Shown: piece by piece, positions 37,557 to 47,568 of the stretch | Numbering within the stretch: position 1 is the first letter of the stretch | Layout of the letters: each line of letters starts with the position of its first letter | DNA from: an uncultured Candidatus Saccharibacteria bacterium | GTDB lineage: Bacteria; Patescibacteriota; Minisyncoccia; Phycocordibacterales; UBA9973 | Direction: 5' to 3' | NCBI GenBank assembly: GCA_964646765.1 | Contig: CAZYIA010000003.1 | Coordinates: forward strand, 66,815 to 130,814 | Length of the DNA stretch: 64,000 bases | Made by a program: the position numbers and the translations under genes | The notes under the pieces: model-generated | Database searches by the model: none | Told to the model about the DNA's origin: nothing | The model's input: only the letters and a program-made list of their open reading frames with translations

Positions 37557-39116
37557 ATGCGTCGTACAGGAGATTTTTTTGCCCACCTCGGAGGATGGAT
37601 ATGGGCTCATAAATGGAAAAGTGTCGGAGTTCTTATTCTTATTGCCGTCATTCTTTTTAGTGTTCTTTCACCAAAAAAACCAAAAACACCGATTGTCTTT
37701 GAATCAGTGAAAGAGGGAAACTTGAAAGCAACCGTGCTTGCAACAGGAACGGTTACGTCGGTTACCGACCTCGCACTCTCATTTCCAGCTTCAGATATTC
37801 TTCGGAAACTCTCTGTGGTTGTTGGCGATAAAGTAAAATCAGGTACCATACTCGCAACTCTTGATAATCGTGACGAGCGAGCCGCTCTTACTTCTGCGCA
37901 AGGAGCCGTGGCTTCTGCAGAAGCTGCTAAGCAAAAACTTATTGAGGGAGCTTCAAACGAAGAAATTAAAGTTGCTCAAACAGCAGTTGATAATGCTCAA
38001 GCTGAACTTACTCAGACAACTAAAGAACAGAATCAGCTTGTTGAAAATGCTCACCGGGCTCTCTTAAGTGGGGGGCTTGCAGCAATTCCTGTCGATACCA
38101 AGACAACCATACCAGCTCCAACAATTTCTGGAACATATACAAGTAGCCAAGAAGGTACATATACGATCGATATCTCGAGTACTGGAGGCGGAGGCCAATT
38201 CTCAATTTCTGGGCTCGAGACCGGTGGAGGATTGGTTTCGACAACCGCTCCAGTTGCACTTGGTACTCGAGGACTTTTTATAGAGTTTCCATCGAACTTT
38301 ACTGCAGTTTCTGGTACTTCTTGGACTGTTCAAATTCCAAATACCCAAGCTTCCGTTTATGCTGCTAACTACAATGCGTATCAAGCCGCAATACAAATGC
38401 GTGAAAGTGCCCTCGTTTCTGCTCAAGCAGTTGTAAATGCACGACAAGCTGACCTCGCTCTAAAGCAGGCAGATGCTCGCCCAGCTGAAATTGCAGCTGC
38501 TGAAGCTGATATCCTTTCTGCCCGCGGCAAGCTTGAAGCTGCTCAGGTTGCATACGACAATACACTCCTTCGGGCTCCAGCGTCCGGCACTATTACCGCT
38601 GTTGATGTAAAACTTGGCGAGCAGGTAACGGCACAGAAACCAGTTATTACACTCGAAGATGTATCAAATATTTATATTGAGGCAAATATTAATGAGTCTG
38701 ATATTCCTCGCGTTGTTGTAGGACAAAAAGTAAATGTGACCTTTGATGCGTTTGGTCCAGAAAAAGTTTACGATGCAACAGTCTCAAGTATTGATCCTTC
38801 TTCAACGACGGTTTCAGGAGTGGTTAACTATAAAGTTAAAGCGACCTTAGCTGACAGTACTGGAGTCTTGCCAGGTATGACCGCAAATATGACTATTGTG
38901 ACGGGCGAAAAAGATACTGTTCTCTATATACCCAAAGCCGCTATCCATACTGATGGGGTAGGGTCATTTGTGTATGTTGTCACTGATCAAAAAGGAAATA
39001 AGTATGAACGGCGCGCTGTAACAACTGGTTTTGTGGGTGACGGTAATCAAGTTGAAATTACAACTGGGCTAACAGAAAATGATCGGGTAATTGTCTCCGA
39101 TATCAGTACTCTATGA
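37557..39116 (+). CDS. Efflux-system periplasmic adaptor (HlyD/MacA-like membrane fusion protein)
   Basis: N-terminal TM helix, biotinyl-lipoyl-like hairpin, long coiled coil, beta-barrel (LLRAPASGTITAVDVKLGEQV). Confidence 0.8.
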   Translation: MRRTGDFFAHLGGWIWAHKWKSVGVLILIAVILFSVLSPKKPKTPIVFESVKEGNLKATVLATGTVTSVTDLALSFPASDILRKLSVVVGDKVKSGTILATLDNRDERAALTSAQGAVASAEAAKQKLIEGASNEEIKVAQTAVDNAQAELTQTTKEQNQLVENAHRALLSGGLAAIPVDTKTTIPAPTISGTYTSSQEGTYTIDISSTGGGGQFSISGLETGGGLVSTTAPVALGTRGLFIEFPSNFTAVSGTSWTVQIPNTQASVYAANYNAYQAAIQMRESALVSAQAVVNARQADLALKQADARPAEIAAAEADILSARGKLEAAQVAYDNTLLRAPASGTITAVDVKLGEQVTAQKPVITLEDVSNIYIEANINESDIPRVVVGQKVNVTFDAFGPEKVYDATVSSIDPSSTTVSGVVNYKVKATLADSTGVLPGMTANMTIVTGEKDTVLYIPKAAIHTDGVGSFVYVVTDQKGNKYERRAVTTGFVGDGNQVEITTGLTENDRVIVSDISTL

Positions 39117-40390
39117 ACGCCCGTTCTCGCGTTGAAAATTCATTCTCTCAAAACATAAAAGTGGGATGGTTTTTGGCGTCTCGAGATATTAAACGAGCGA
39201 ATATTTGGACAACACTCCTTATTACCTTGGTGATGACGCTTACTTTCCTTAACCTTGTAGTAGTCTCAGGAATTCTTGTCGGTCTTATTCAAGGTTCAGA
39301 AGATGCTGAAAAAAAATATGCCATTGGTGATTTAGTTATTTCGCCTTTTCTCAACAAAGTTGCCATTGATGAAACACCAGATGTCGTTAATATTGTTAAA
39401 ACAATTCCAGGATATAAGAATCACACCGTCCGCTATACAGGAAGTGCTCGAGTTGAATCAAATTATCGCACTACTATTGCTCCAGATGAAATTCGTGATG
39501 GAGCAGGGGCTGCGTTTTTAGGCATCGATCCTATTCAAGAAGAAAAATTTTCCGGACTTTCAAAATTTGTTATCCGAGGATCGTACTTATCGCCTGAAGA
39601 TCAAGATAGTATTTTGATTGGGAAAAATTTGCTGTATGAATTTACGCCAATTGAAGCTCCAGGCTTTCAAACTCTCAAAAATGTTGCAATCGGCTCACGA
39701 ATAAAAATAACTGTCGGGGATGTTTCAAAGGAATACGTCCTTAAGGGGATTATCTCAAGTAAGGTTGATACCTTTGATACTTCTGTTATTGCTCTCTCAT
39801 CTGAAGTTCGTAAAATGACCGGACGAAGTGATTTAGATGCTGGCACTATTGCGATTCAGCTTTTACCAGATACAACGCCTGAGTCAGCCCAGCAATTTCT
39901 GATTGCCAATGGTGTCGATCGTTTAGCGCGAATACAAACCGCGGAGGAAGCTTTTCCAAAGTTTTTGAAGGATATTAAAGCCACGTTTAATATTTTAGGT
40001 GTGGCGATTTCAAGTATTGGTTTAGTGGTTGCTTCCATCACTATTTTTATTGTGATTTTCGTCAATGCTATTACCCGTCGTCGCTTCATTGGTATTTTGA
40101 AGGGAATCGGTATCCATCAAAAGGCCATTTTATATTCGTATATTATGCAAGCGCTCATCTATGCGTTTCTAGGAACGGCGATTGGTCTTGTTTTAGTATT
40201 CTTTTTGATTAAGCCGTATTTTGCAGCACACCCAATTAATTTTCCATTCTCTGATGGTATTCTCGTAGCAACGCTCTCTGGTACCTTTATTCGTGCAGGA
40301 GTCCTCATGCTTGCAACACTGATTGCCGGCTATATTCCTGCCCGTATTGTTATTAAGCAAAATACGTTAAGTGCCATCCTTGGCCGATAG
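39113..40390 (+). CDS. ABC transporter permease (FtsX/MacB-type)
   Basis: N-terminal TM helix, large extracytoplasmic domain, C-terminal FtsX-like four-TM bundle. Confidence 0.8.
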   Translation: MNARSRVENSFSQNIKVGWFLASRDIKRANIWTTLLITLVMTLTFLNLVVVSGILVGLIQGSEDAEKKYAIGDLVISPFLNKVAIDETPDVVNIVKTIPGYKNHTVRYTGSARVESNYRTTIAPDEIRDGAGAAFLGIDPIQEEKFSGLSKFVIRGSYLSPEDQDSILIGKNLLYEFTPIEAPGFQTLKNVAIGSRIKITVGDVSKEYVLKGIISSKVDTFDTSVIALSSEVRKMTGRSDLDAGTIAIQLLPDTTPESAQQFLIANGVDRLARIQTAEEAFPKFLKDIKATFNILGVAISSIGLVVASITIFIVIFVNAITRRRFIGILKGIGIHQKAILYSYIMQALIYAFLGTAIGLVLVFFLIKPYFAAHPINFPFSDGILVATLSGTFIRAGVLMLATLIAGYIPARIVIKQNTLSAILGR

Positions 40391-40394
40391 GAAT

Positions 40395-41072
40395 ATGATT
40401 AAAGCCGAAGCATTACGAAAAGAATTTCAAAGTGGCGACACAAAAATTGTTGCCGTGAATAGTCTTTCATTTGATATTCCCAAAGGACAGTTTTTAACTG
40501 TAACGGGAAAGTCAGGATCCGGTAAATCAACTCTTTTGTACCAGCTTGGTCTTCTTGATACTCCCACTTCAGGTGAAGTTTTTATTGATGGAGAGGAGGT
40601 TATCAATATTCCTGAAAAGGAACGTACGATGATTCGGCTAAATGAGTTAGGTTATATATTCCAAGACTATGCCATTATTCCATCACTTACTGCTCTTGAA
40701 AATACACTCGTTCCGCTTTTAATGCAGGGATATGCAACAAGCACTGCAGAGAAAAAGGCAAAAGTAGCTCTTGGGCGAGTAGGACTTACTGATCGCATGC
40801 ATAACTTACCGAGTCAGCTTTCTGGTGGTCAGCAACAACGAGTTGCAATCGCGCGAGCAATTGCTCACGAACCAAAAATTATTTTTGCCGACGAGCCGAC
40901 AGCAAACCTCGACTCAGAAACATCTGATCAAGTTATCAACGCTTTTCTTGATTTAAATAGGGAAGGACAAACCATTGTTATGGTGACGCATGAACCTGAG
41001 TATGCTGCTCTCGCTCACCGTACATTCGTAATGGCGGACGGCTCAATTATTAACGATATTGTAAATCGCTAG
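40395..41072 (+). CDS. ABC transporter ATP-binding protein (MacB/LolD-type)
   Basis: Walker A GKSGSGKST, signature LSGGQQQRVAIARA, Walker B IIFADEPTANLD. Confidence 0.9.
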   Translation: MIKAEALRKEFQSGDTKIVAVNSLSFDIPKGQFLTVTGKSGSGKSTLLYQLGLLDTPTSGEVFIDGEEVINIPEKERTMIRLNELGYIFQDYAIIPSLTALENTLVPLLMQGYATSTAEKKAKVALGRVGLTDRMHNLPSQLSGGQQQRVAIARAIAHEPKIIFADEPTANLDSETSDQVINAFLDLNREGQTIVMVTHEPEYAALAHRTFVMADGSIINDIVNR

Positions 41073-41073
41073 T

Positions 41074-42108
41074 ATGTTGTATCGAGGTCTACGCACGATT
41101 CTGTTCTGGTTTAACCCAGAAGATGTGCACTATGTGACGTTGTATATATTTCGTAGTGTGCGCCGTGTTCCAGTACTAGGAGCGCTCGTAAAGCGGATGA
41201 TTGGTGTTTCGAATATTACAAAACCAATCCAAGCGCTTGGTCTGACATTTAAAAACCAGGTTGGTCTTGCCGCTGGTTTCGACAAAGACGCTCGCTTTAT
41301 TCCTGAATTTGCTGAACTAGGTTTTGGGTTTATTGAAGTGGGGACGGTAACACCACTCGCACAGTCAGGAAATCCGAAGCCACGATTGTTTCGGTTGCCA
41401 AAAGATCAGGCGATTATTAATCGAATGGGATTTAATAATGCCGGCGCAGACGAAATGGCAAAACGTTTACAAAAAAAACCAGCAGGAATTATTGTCGGTG
41501 TTAATATTGGGAAAAATAAAGTTACTCCTAATGAAGAAGCTCTCCACGATTACGAAATGTGCTTCACAACATTGTACGATGGTGCTGACTATTTTGTGAT
41601 TAATGTAAGTTCCCCTAATACTCCGGGTCTTCGGGCATTACAAGATAAAGAACCGCTTCGAAAACTTTTGGAGCACATACTCTCTCTTCGAGTGAAAGAG
41701 GTCCAGGCAGGAAAAATACAAAAGCCGGTACTCTTAAAAATTGCTCCTGATCTTTCACAACCAGAGCTCGACGACGTTATTGACTTAGTACTTGAAACTA
41801 AAATTGATGGTATCGTGGCAACCAACACCACTATTTCACGAGCTGACTTAATAACCGAAACACAGGAGATTGAAGGTATCGGTGCTGGTGGACTTTCAGG
41901 GAAACCACTCTTTAATCGAGCAACAGACGTCGTTCGCTATATTTCTGAAAAAAGTGGAGGAAAGATTTTCATTATTGGTGTCGGTGGCATTTTTTCTGCT
42001 CTCGATGCCAAAGCAAAATTTGCCGCAGGGGCAAGTCTTGTACAACTATACTCTGGTTTTATTTATCAAGGACCTGGGCTTATCAGAGACATTCTTGAGT
42101 CACAGTAA
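41074..42108 (+). CDS. pyrD: Dihydroorotate dehydrogenase, class 2 (quinone-dependent type)
   Basis: N-terminal membrane-association extension; GLTFKNQVGLAAGFDKD...GFIEVGTVTP...NPKPRLFRL...NRMGFNN. Confidence 0.85.
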   Translation: MLYRGLRTILFWFNPEDVHYVTLYIFRSVRRVPVLGALVKRMIGVSNITKPIQALGLTFKNQVGLAAGFDKDARFIPEFAELGFGFIEVGTVTPLAQSGNPKPRLFRLPKDQAIINRMGFNNAGADEMAKRLQKKPAGIIVGVNIGKNKVTPNEEALHDYEMCFTTLYDGADYFVINVSSPNTPGLRALQDKEPLRKLLEHILSLRVKEVQAGKIQKPVLLKIAPDLSQPELDDVIDLVLETKIDGIVATNTTISRADLITETQEIEGIGAGGLSGKPLFNRATDVVRYISEKSGGKIFIIGVGGIFSALDAKAKFAAGASLVQLYSGFIYQGPGLIRDILESQ

Positions 42109-42406
42109 CTATTCCTTGACTTGGAAGGGGAGAACGATACTATTGAGATATGGCGCAGCACGAACTGTATAATTTTGGGGAGTCGAACGATCACGATAAT
42201 CCACTCTTGAAACATATCTTGAAAGGGATGAATCTCACCAAAGAAAGCCAGGAAGAACAAGCCCAAAAAATAAAAAAGGCCCTTGAAGAAAAAGCAAAGC
42301 GGGAGCAGCTCTTTCAAGAGGGGAAACAGGGAGAAATCAACTTTCCTAATAAGCTTTCGTAAGAAAAAGTACCGTCGTTCGTCATTAGTAGTGTTAAAAG
42401 TTAAGT

Positions 42407-43222
42407 ATGCAAACTATGTTTGGAGACTATACGCCACGTGTGGCAAAAATGTCAGCGACCCTCTTAGCGGTCCTCGCTGTTTTTTTCGTTTTTAAAACGA
42501 TAACTGTTATTAAGCAACTTCCGTTTATTGCCAGTGGTACCACGGCAACGAACACCATCGCCGTTTCTGGAGAAGGTGAGGCGTTTGCTGTACCAGATAT
42601 TGCCCAAATTACGGCAACTATTGAGAAGGATGGAAAATCTGCAAAAGATGCGCAGACTACCGTAAGTGCACAAGAAAAAGCATTGCTCTCGTACCTTAAG
42701 AGTGCGGGGATTGCTGATAAGGATATTAAGACAACCAACTACAGTTCATATCCAAAGTATGAATGGCAGGAAGGTGGCGTGGTTACCTGTGCCCTAAACA
42801 CAGCTTGTCCACCACGACCAGGAAAAAATGTCTTAACCGGATACACGGTGAGCGAAACAATTACGATTAAAGTTCGTGACACTGATAAGGCAGGTGATAT
42901 CGTTGACGGCATTGCAAAGGCTGGTATTAATCAAGTCTCTGGTCCTGACTACACTGTTGATGACGATACTGCAATCCAAGCGCAGGCTCGTGATAAAGCA
43001 ATTGCTGACGCAAAAACTAAGGCAGAAGCTTTAGCTAAATCACTCGGTGTTCACATCGTTCGCATTGTAAACTTTAGTGAAAATGGTGGTGGTTACCCAA
43101 TGCCAATGTACGCCAAAATGGAGTTTGCTTCCGCTGACAGTGGCGGCTCATCTGCTCCATCACTTCCAAAAGGAGAAAATAAGTACACGTCCAACGTTAC
43201 TATTACCTACGAAATTCGTTAA
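42407..43222 (+). CDS. SIMPL/DUF541 (YggE-like) periplasmic protein
   Basis: N-terminal TM helix, then IAVSGEGEAFAVPDIAQITATIEKDGKSAKDAQ matching the SIMPL family. Confidence 0.7.
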   Translation: MQTMFGDYTPRVAKMSATLLAVLAVFFVFKTITVIKQLPFIASGTTATNTIAVSGEGEAFAVPDIAQITATIEKDGKSAKDAQTTVSAQEKALLSYLKSAGIADKDIKTTNYSSYPKYEWQEGGVVTCALNTACPPRPGKNVLTGYTVSETITIKVRDTDKAGDIVDGIAKAGINQVSGPDYTVDDDTAIQAQARDKAIADAKTKAEALAKSLGVHIVRIVNFSENGGGYPMPMYAKMEFASADSGGSSAPSLPKGENKYTSNVTITYEIR

Positions 43223-43235
43223 ATTTTCTTGTTAG

Positions 43236-43272
43236 AACAAGCGCCAAACCTAAAAGTTTGGCGCTTGTTTCT
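43236..43272 (+). terminator. Rho-independent terminator
   Basis: AACAAGCGCCAAAC-ctaaaa-GTTTGGCGCTTGTT. Confidence 0.7.
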
Positions 43273-43358
43273 TACTTGCAGGGTTTCTGGAAGCGTGGTA
43301 ATCTTACGACAGACGTCCCTCGCGGGCGTTTTAAATTAGCCAAAATACGTTTATCTAT

Positions 43359-43544
43359 ATGTCTATTACCTCATATCTTAAAGAAACACGTGCTGAACTC
43401 TCTCAAGTAACGTGGCCAACTTGGAACCAGGCAGTTCTCTTTACTGTTGCTGTTATTGTTATTTCACTTGCAGTCGCGTATTTTCTTGGCTTCTTTGATT
43501 TCCTCTTCTCACTCGGTCTTGGCAAACTCCTACAGCTCCGCTAA
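43359..43544 (+). CDS. secE: Preprotein translocase subunit SecE
   Basis: KETRAELSQVTWPTW...single TM helix. Conserved position upstream of nusG. Confidence 0.85.
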   Translation: MSITSYLKETRAELSQVTWPTWNQAVLFTVAVIVISLAVAYFLGFFDFLFSLGLGKLLQLR

Positions 43545-43578
43545 CGACCGTCTACGTTACTAACTAACTCTAGAATTT

Positions 43579-44127
43579 ATGGCAAAACAAGAACTCCAAG
43601 GTGAGCGAAACTGGTATGCAGTGCATACCTATGCTGGATACGAAAATGCAGTGCAGCGTAACTTAAAGCAGCGTATCGAATCGCTCGGCATGCAAGACAA
43701 AATTTTTAATGTCGTCGTGCCAACCGAAAAGAAAATCAAAATCAAAGCAGGGAAGCGCGTAGAAGTTGAAGAAAAAGTCTACCCAGGTTACGTACTCGTT
43801 GATATGGTGGTAACTGATGACTCCTGGTATGTTGTGCGTAACACCCCACGCGTAACCGGTTTCGTTGGTGCCGGTGTAAATCCAGTGCCGCTTAATAAGG
43901 ACGAAATGGCGATGCTCTTTAAATCAATGGATGATACTCAGACAGCTCGTCACAACATTGATCTCGTTACCGGTGAAATTGTTCGCATTGCAGACGGTCC
44001 GTTTAAGGATCTCGAAGGCAAAGTAGACGCAGTAGACCAAGAGCGTGGCAAGGTTCGAGTACTTGTTTCAATGTTCGGTCGCGAAACCCCGGTAGAACTT
44101 GATTTCTTACAGGTAAAAAAGATTTAG
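43579..44127 (+). CDS. nusG: Transcription termination/antitermination factor NusG
   Basis: NWYAVHTYAGYENAV (NGN domain) ... GEIVRIADGPFKDLEGKV (KOW domain). Confidence 0.9.
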   Translation: MAKQELQGERNWYAVHTYAGYENAVQRNLKQRIESLGMQDKIFNVVVPTEKKIKIKAGKRVEVEEKVYPGYVLVDMVVTDDSWYVVRNTPRVTGFVGAGVNPVPLNKDEMAMLFKSMDDTQTARHNIDLVTGEIVRIADGPFKDLEGKVDAVDQERGKVRVLVSMFGRETPVELDFLQVKKI

Positions 44128-44232
44128 TTTACAAGGTTTTTAAACCGTGCTAAAGTAATGCCCGTTACGCTTTCCAATTAAGAAATTAGACAGCTTCTAC
44201 GTTCTAATTTCTAGTATCTAAATTCTAAATTT

Positions 44233-44661
44233 ATGGCCGCAAAGAAAGTAACAAAAAAAGTAAAAGTTCGCGTTATAGGGGGCAAAGCTACCCCAGCGCC
44301 ACCACTTGGTCCAGCTCTTGGTCAGGCGGGTGTAAACATCGGTGACTTCGTACAGAAGTTTAACGCCGCTTCTCAGCAATTTGTTGGAGAAACTGTCGGT
44401 GTTGTTATCTCTGTCTACGAAGATCGAACCTATGATTTCGTCATTAAGACTCCACCGGTAATTAATTACCTTACGAAAGCCGCTGGAATTGAAAAAGGTT
44501 CAGGTAAGCCAAACACATCGAAAGTAGGCAAGATTACGAGAGCTCAGCTTAAGGAAATCGCCGAAAAGAAAATGCCTGATCTTAATGCTAATGACATCGA
44601 AGCCGCAATGAAAATCATCGCTGGCTCCGCTCGTCAGGCAGGTATCACGATCGTTGACTAA
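44233..44661 (+). CDS. rplK: 50S ribosomal protein L11
   Basis: [35 protein letters not shown]. Confidence 0.9.
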   Translation: MAAKKVTKKVKVRVIGGKATPAPPLGPALGQAGVNIGDFVQKFNAASQQFVGETVGVVISVYEDRTYDFVIKTPPVINYLTKAAGIEKGSGKPNTSKVGKITRAQLKEIAEKKMPDLNANDIEAAMKIIAGSARQAGITIVD

Positions 44662-44677
44662 GTCTCTTGTTTTCAAA

Positions 44678-44702
44678 CAAAACCCCCAGAAAGGGGGTTT
44701 TG
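44678..44702 (+). terminator. Rho-independent terminator immediately after rplK
   Basis: AAAACCCCC-agaa-AGGGGGTTTTG. Confidence 0.75.
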
Positions 44703-44717
44703 TGTTATAGTGCCCAC

Positions 44718-45368
44718 ATGCAAAATCTCACCCAGCGCGATTATACAAAGCTTTTTATTTGTCTCACGCTCTATATTACGGCTCTTATTGCTTCAAATAC
44801 TTTAGGCATTAAGGTCATGCCATTTCTTTTTGGAACCCATCTTTCAGTTTCGGTATTTTACTTTCCAATCGTATTTTTGATGACTGACATTATCGGGGAA
44901 GTGTATGGTAAAGAGTGGGCTCGCCGCTTTGTGCTCGCTGGTTTTATTTCGGTGCTTGCCTTTCTCTTGTTTAATATTCTCTCAGTTATTACACCGTGGT
45001 CGGGGGCTGGGGCATGGGCGCATACTGCGTACAATACGCTCTACAGCGTTTCAATGCGAATCTCTGTTGCTTCAGTGCTCGCGTTCGTCATCGGCGAATA
45101 CCAAGATGTTTTTACTTTTTTCTTTTTTAAGGCAAAACAAGGAGACAAATATTTTTGGCTGCGTTCAAATCTTTCTAATATCTGGAGCCAATTTCTTGAC
45201 ACGGTGATCTTCATGACTGTGGCTTTTGCTGGGGTGTATTCTTGGCCAACACTTTTTATGATGATTATTCCGTGGTGGATATATAAAGTACTCATGGGTG
45301 TAGCTTTCACTCCGCTTTCATACCTAGGACTCGCCTTATTAAAGAGAGATGAAACCAAGCAAGCCTAA
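44718..45368 (+). CDS. YhhQ-family queuosine-precursor transporter
   Basis: FPIVFLMTDIIGEVYGKEWARRFV matches the YhhQ signature. Six TM helices. Confidence 0.7.
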   Translation: MQNLTQRDYTKLFICLTLYITALIASNTLGIKVMPFLFGTHLSVSVFYFPIVFLMTDIIGEVYGKEWARRFVLAGFISVLAFLLFNILSVITPWSGAGAWAHTAYNTLYSVSMRISVASVLAFVIGEYQDVFTFFFFKAKQGDKYFWLRSNLSNIWSQFLDTVIFMTVAFAGVYSWPTLFMMIIPWWIYKVLMGVAFTPLSYLGLALLKRDETKQA

Positions 45369-45873
45369 ATTAAAGACTCACTTTGTTGCCTATGTGGCAG
45401 CAAGTATAGATGGCCGCATTTCACTCGACGAAAAAACTGTGCCTGATTGGACAAGTAAAGAAGACTGGAAATTTTTTCAAAAAGGTCTTTCAAAAGCAGA
45501 TGCAGTTATTGCTGGCCGAAATACCTATCTAGCCGCACAAAAGAGGTTAGACAAAAGAAATACGTTTGTTTTTACAAGTACAGTGACGAAGTTAAGCAAA
45601 AAAGGTAACGTCATGTTTCTAAATCCGAAACATACAAACCTAAGTCAGCTGTTTCAAGAATATACAACCGTTGTTATTGTCGGTGGTGCACGAGTATATC
45701 AAACAATGCTTGAGCATAACATGCTTGATGAGCTGTTTGTTACTATCGAACCTTTAGTATTTGGCCGTGGCCAAACAATGTTTAGTAATGGAACAAAAAA
45801 TAGTAGACTCAAACTCAAAAATGTTCGAAAGTTAAATAAAAAAGGGACTCTACTTCTTCACTATGTACGTTAA
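45349..45873 (+). CDS. RibD C-terminal-domain / dihydrofolate-reductase-family protein
   Basis: HFVAYVAASIDGRISLDEKT...FKNAGLSKADAVIAGRNTY...VVIVGGARVYQ. Confidence 0.7.
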   Translation: MKPSKPKLKTHFVAYVAASIDGRISLDEKTVPDWTSKEDWKFFQKGLSKADAVIAGRNTYLAAQKRLDKRNTFVFTSTVTKLSKKGNVMFLNPKHTNLSQLFQEYTTVVIVGGARVYQTMLEHNMLDELFVTIEPLVFGRGQTMFSNGTKNSRLKLKNVRKLNKKGTLLLHYVR

Positions 45874-46561
45874 AGCAATTACAACAAAAGTTTTTCAGGA
45901 AAAAGAAAATCTTAACGATTTTATTCTCAAGTATCTTCCTCGTGTTTCTGAAGGTTCAGTTATTGTGGTGACCTCAAAAATTGTCGCCTTGGCTGAAGGG
46001 CGAACGGCTGTTTTTAAAAATCAAAAAGAAAAAGAAGTTCTCATCAAGAAAGAAAGTACTTTTGCCATCAAAACACCATTGGTGTGGCTCACTATTAAGG
46101 ATGGCACAGTTATGGCGAATGCTGGGGTAGACGAGTCAAATGCTCAGGGGAAAATTATTCTTTTGCCACAAGATAGTTTCCAGGCTGCAGAAAAACTGCG
46201 AATAGCACTTAAAAAGCATTACAAGGTTAAAAAGCTTGGCATCTTAATTACCGATTCTCGTCTTATGCCGCTCAGAGCTGGAGTGGTTGGTGTGGCGCTT
46301 GGGTACGCAGGATTTCAGGGATTAAAAAATTATGTTGGCAAAAAAGATATTTTTGGTCGGAAATTTAAATTTGAACAAACGGATATTGCTGATAGTTTAG
46401 CTACGGCCGCAGTGCTTACGATGGGTGAGGGTGCAGAACAAAAACCGTTAGCTCTTATAATAGAGGCTCCAGTTACCTTTACTAACCAAGTAAACAAAAA
46501 AGAGCTTCGCATTGATCCTAAGAAGGATCTCTATGCTCCTTTATTTAAGAAATTGAAATAA
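45863..46561 (+). CDS. CofE-like (F420-0:gamma-glutamyl ligase family) protein
   Basis: VIVVTSKIVALAEGR...GTVMANAGVDESNA...ITDSRLMPLRAGVVGVALGYAGF follows the CofE/F420_ligase fold. Confidence 0.65.
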   Translation: MYVKAITTKVFQEKENLNDFILKYLPRVSEGSVIVVTSKIVALAEGRTAVFKNQKEKEVLIKKESTFAIKTPLVWLTIKDGTVMANAGVDESNAQGKIILLPQDSFQAAEKLRIALKKHYKVKKLGILITDSRLMPLRAGVVGVALGYAGFQGLKNYVGKKDIFGRKFKFEQTDIADSLATAAVLTMGEGAEQKPLALIIEAPVTFTNQVNKKELRIDPKKDLYAPLFKKLK

Positions 46562-46563
46562 GT

Positions 46564-47568
46564 ATGGCAGTTCCACTACTTTCAAAAATTTTACCTCGCA
46601 TTGCTAAAAAAATCGGAGCTACAGTAGTTGTTGAACCAAAGTACGGTTATGTAGGTCAGATTATTTTTAAAAACGGCAAAAAGAAATATTTTCGGGTTTC
46701 TACTCTTGATATTAATACGGTTGGCTCTGTCGACATTGCTAAAGACAAAGGTTACGCCAAATTTTTTATGGAGCGAATGGGATATCCGGTAGCAGAAGGG
46801 AAAGTATTTTTTCGACCAAATTTTGCCAAAGCGATTGGTTCCCGAGAGAGTATTGAAGCTGCTTGGCGCTATGCTAAAAAACGAGGCGTACCGGTTATCG
46901 TTAAACCCAATAGTTTAAGTATGGGATTTGGTGTCGCTAAAGTTTCCACCAAGCAATCGTTTTTCCGTGCTGCGCGAGAAATTTTTAAAGCCGATCGCGT
47001 CATGCTTGTTGAAGAAGTGCTCATCGGTCGCGATTATCGCATTGTAGTGCTCGACAATAATGTTATTTCTGCCTACGAGCGCATGCCACTTGCAGTAATT
47101 GGTGATGGTAAAAGCAGTATCCGAGCGCTGCTAAAAAGATTACAGCAAGAGTTTGTGGCTAATGATCGTGATACAGTGATAAAAATGGACGACCCGCGAA
47201 TGCGCGAGGTACTTCTTCGGAGCAAAAAAACTTTTGCATCAGTTCCAAAGAAAGGGGAGCGCGTACAACTTCTTGATAACGCGAATCTTTCAACCGGAGG
47301 CAAAGCAATTGATGTAACTTCCGAGCTTCATCCTTCAATCAAAAAACTAGCCATCAAACTCACCAAAGATATGGGTCTCCGAATTTGCGGTGTTGATTTG
47401 ATGCTTTCGGAAAATGCAAAAGTTTCGCTCTCACAACAAAAGTACTGGGTTATTGAAGTAAACGGAGCTCCAGGACTTGACCACTATTTTGAAACAGGTA
47501 AGAAGCAACAAAAAATTGTTGAAGCGATGTATCTCAAAGTACTGAAAGCAATGGAGAAAGGCGCCTAG
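46564..47568 (+). CDS. ATP-grasp ligase (RimK/CofF/MptN-like)
   Basis: GVPVIVKPNSLSMGFGV (ATP-binding loop) ... RIVVLDNNVISAYERMP ... GVDLMLS ... EVNGAPG. Confidence 0.7.
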   Translation: MAVPLLSKILPRIAKKIGATVVVEPKYGYVGQIIFKNGKKKYFRVSTLDINTVGSVDIAKDKGYAKFFMERMGYPVAEGKVFFRPNFAKAIGSRESIEAAWRYAKKRGVPVIVKPNSLSMGFGVAKVSTKQSFFRAAREIFKADRVMLVEEVLIGRDYRIVVLDNNVISAYERMPLAVIGDGKSSIRALLKRLQQEFVANDRDTVIKMDDPRMREVLLRSKKTFASVPKKGERVQLLDNANLSTGGKAIDVTSELHPSIKKLAIKLTKDMGLRICGVDLMLSENAKVSLSQQKYWVIEVNGAPGLDHYFETGKKQQKIVEAMYLKVLKAMEKGA

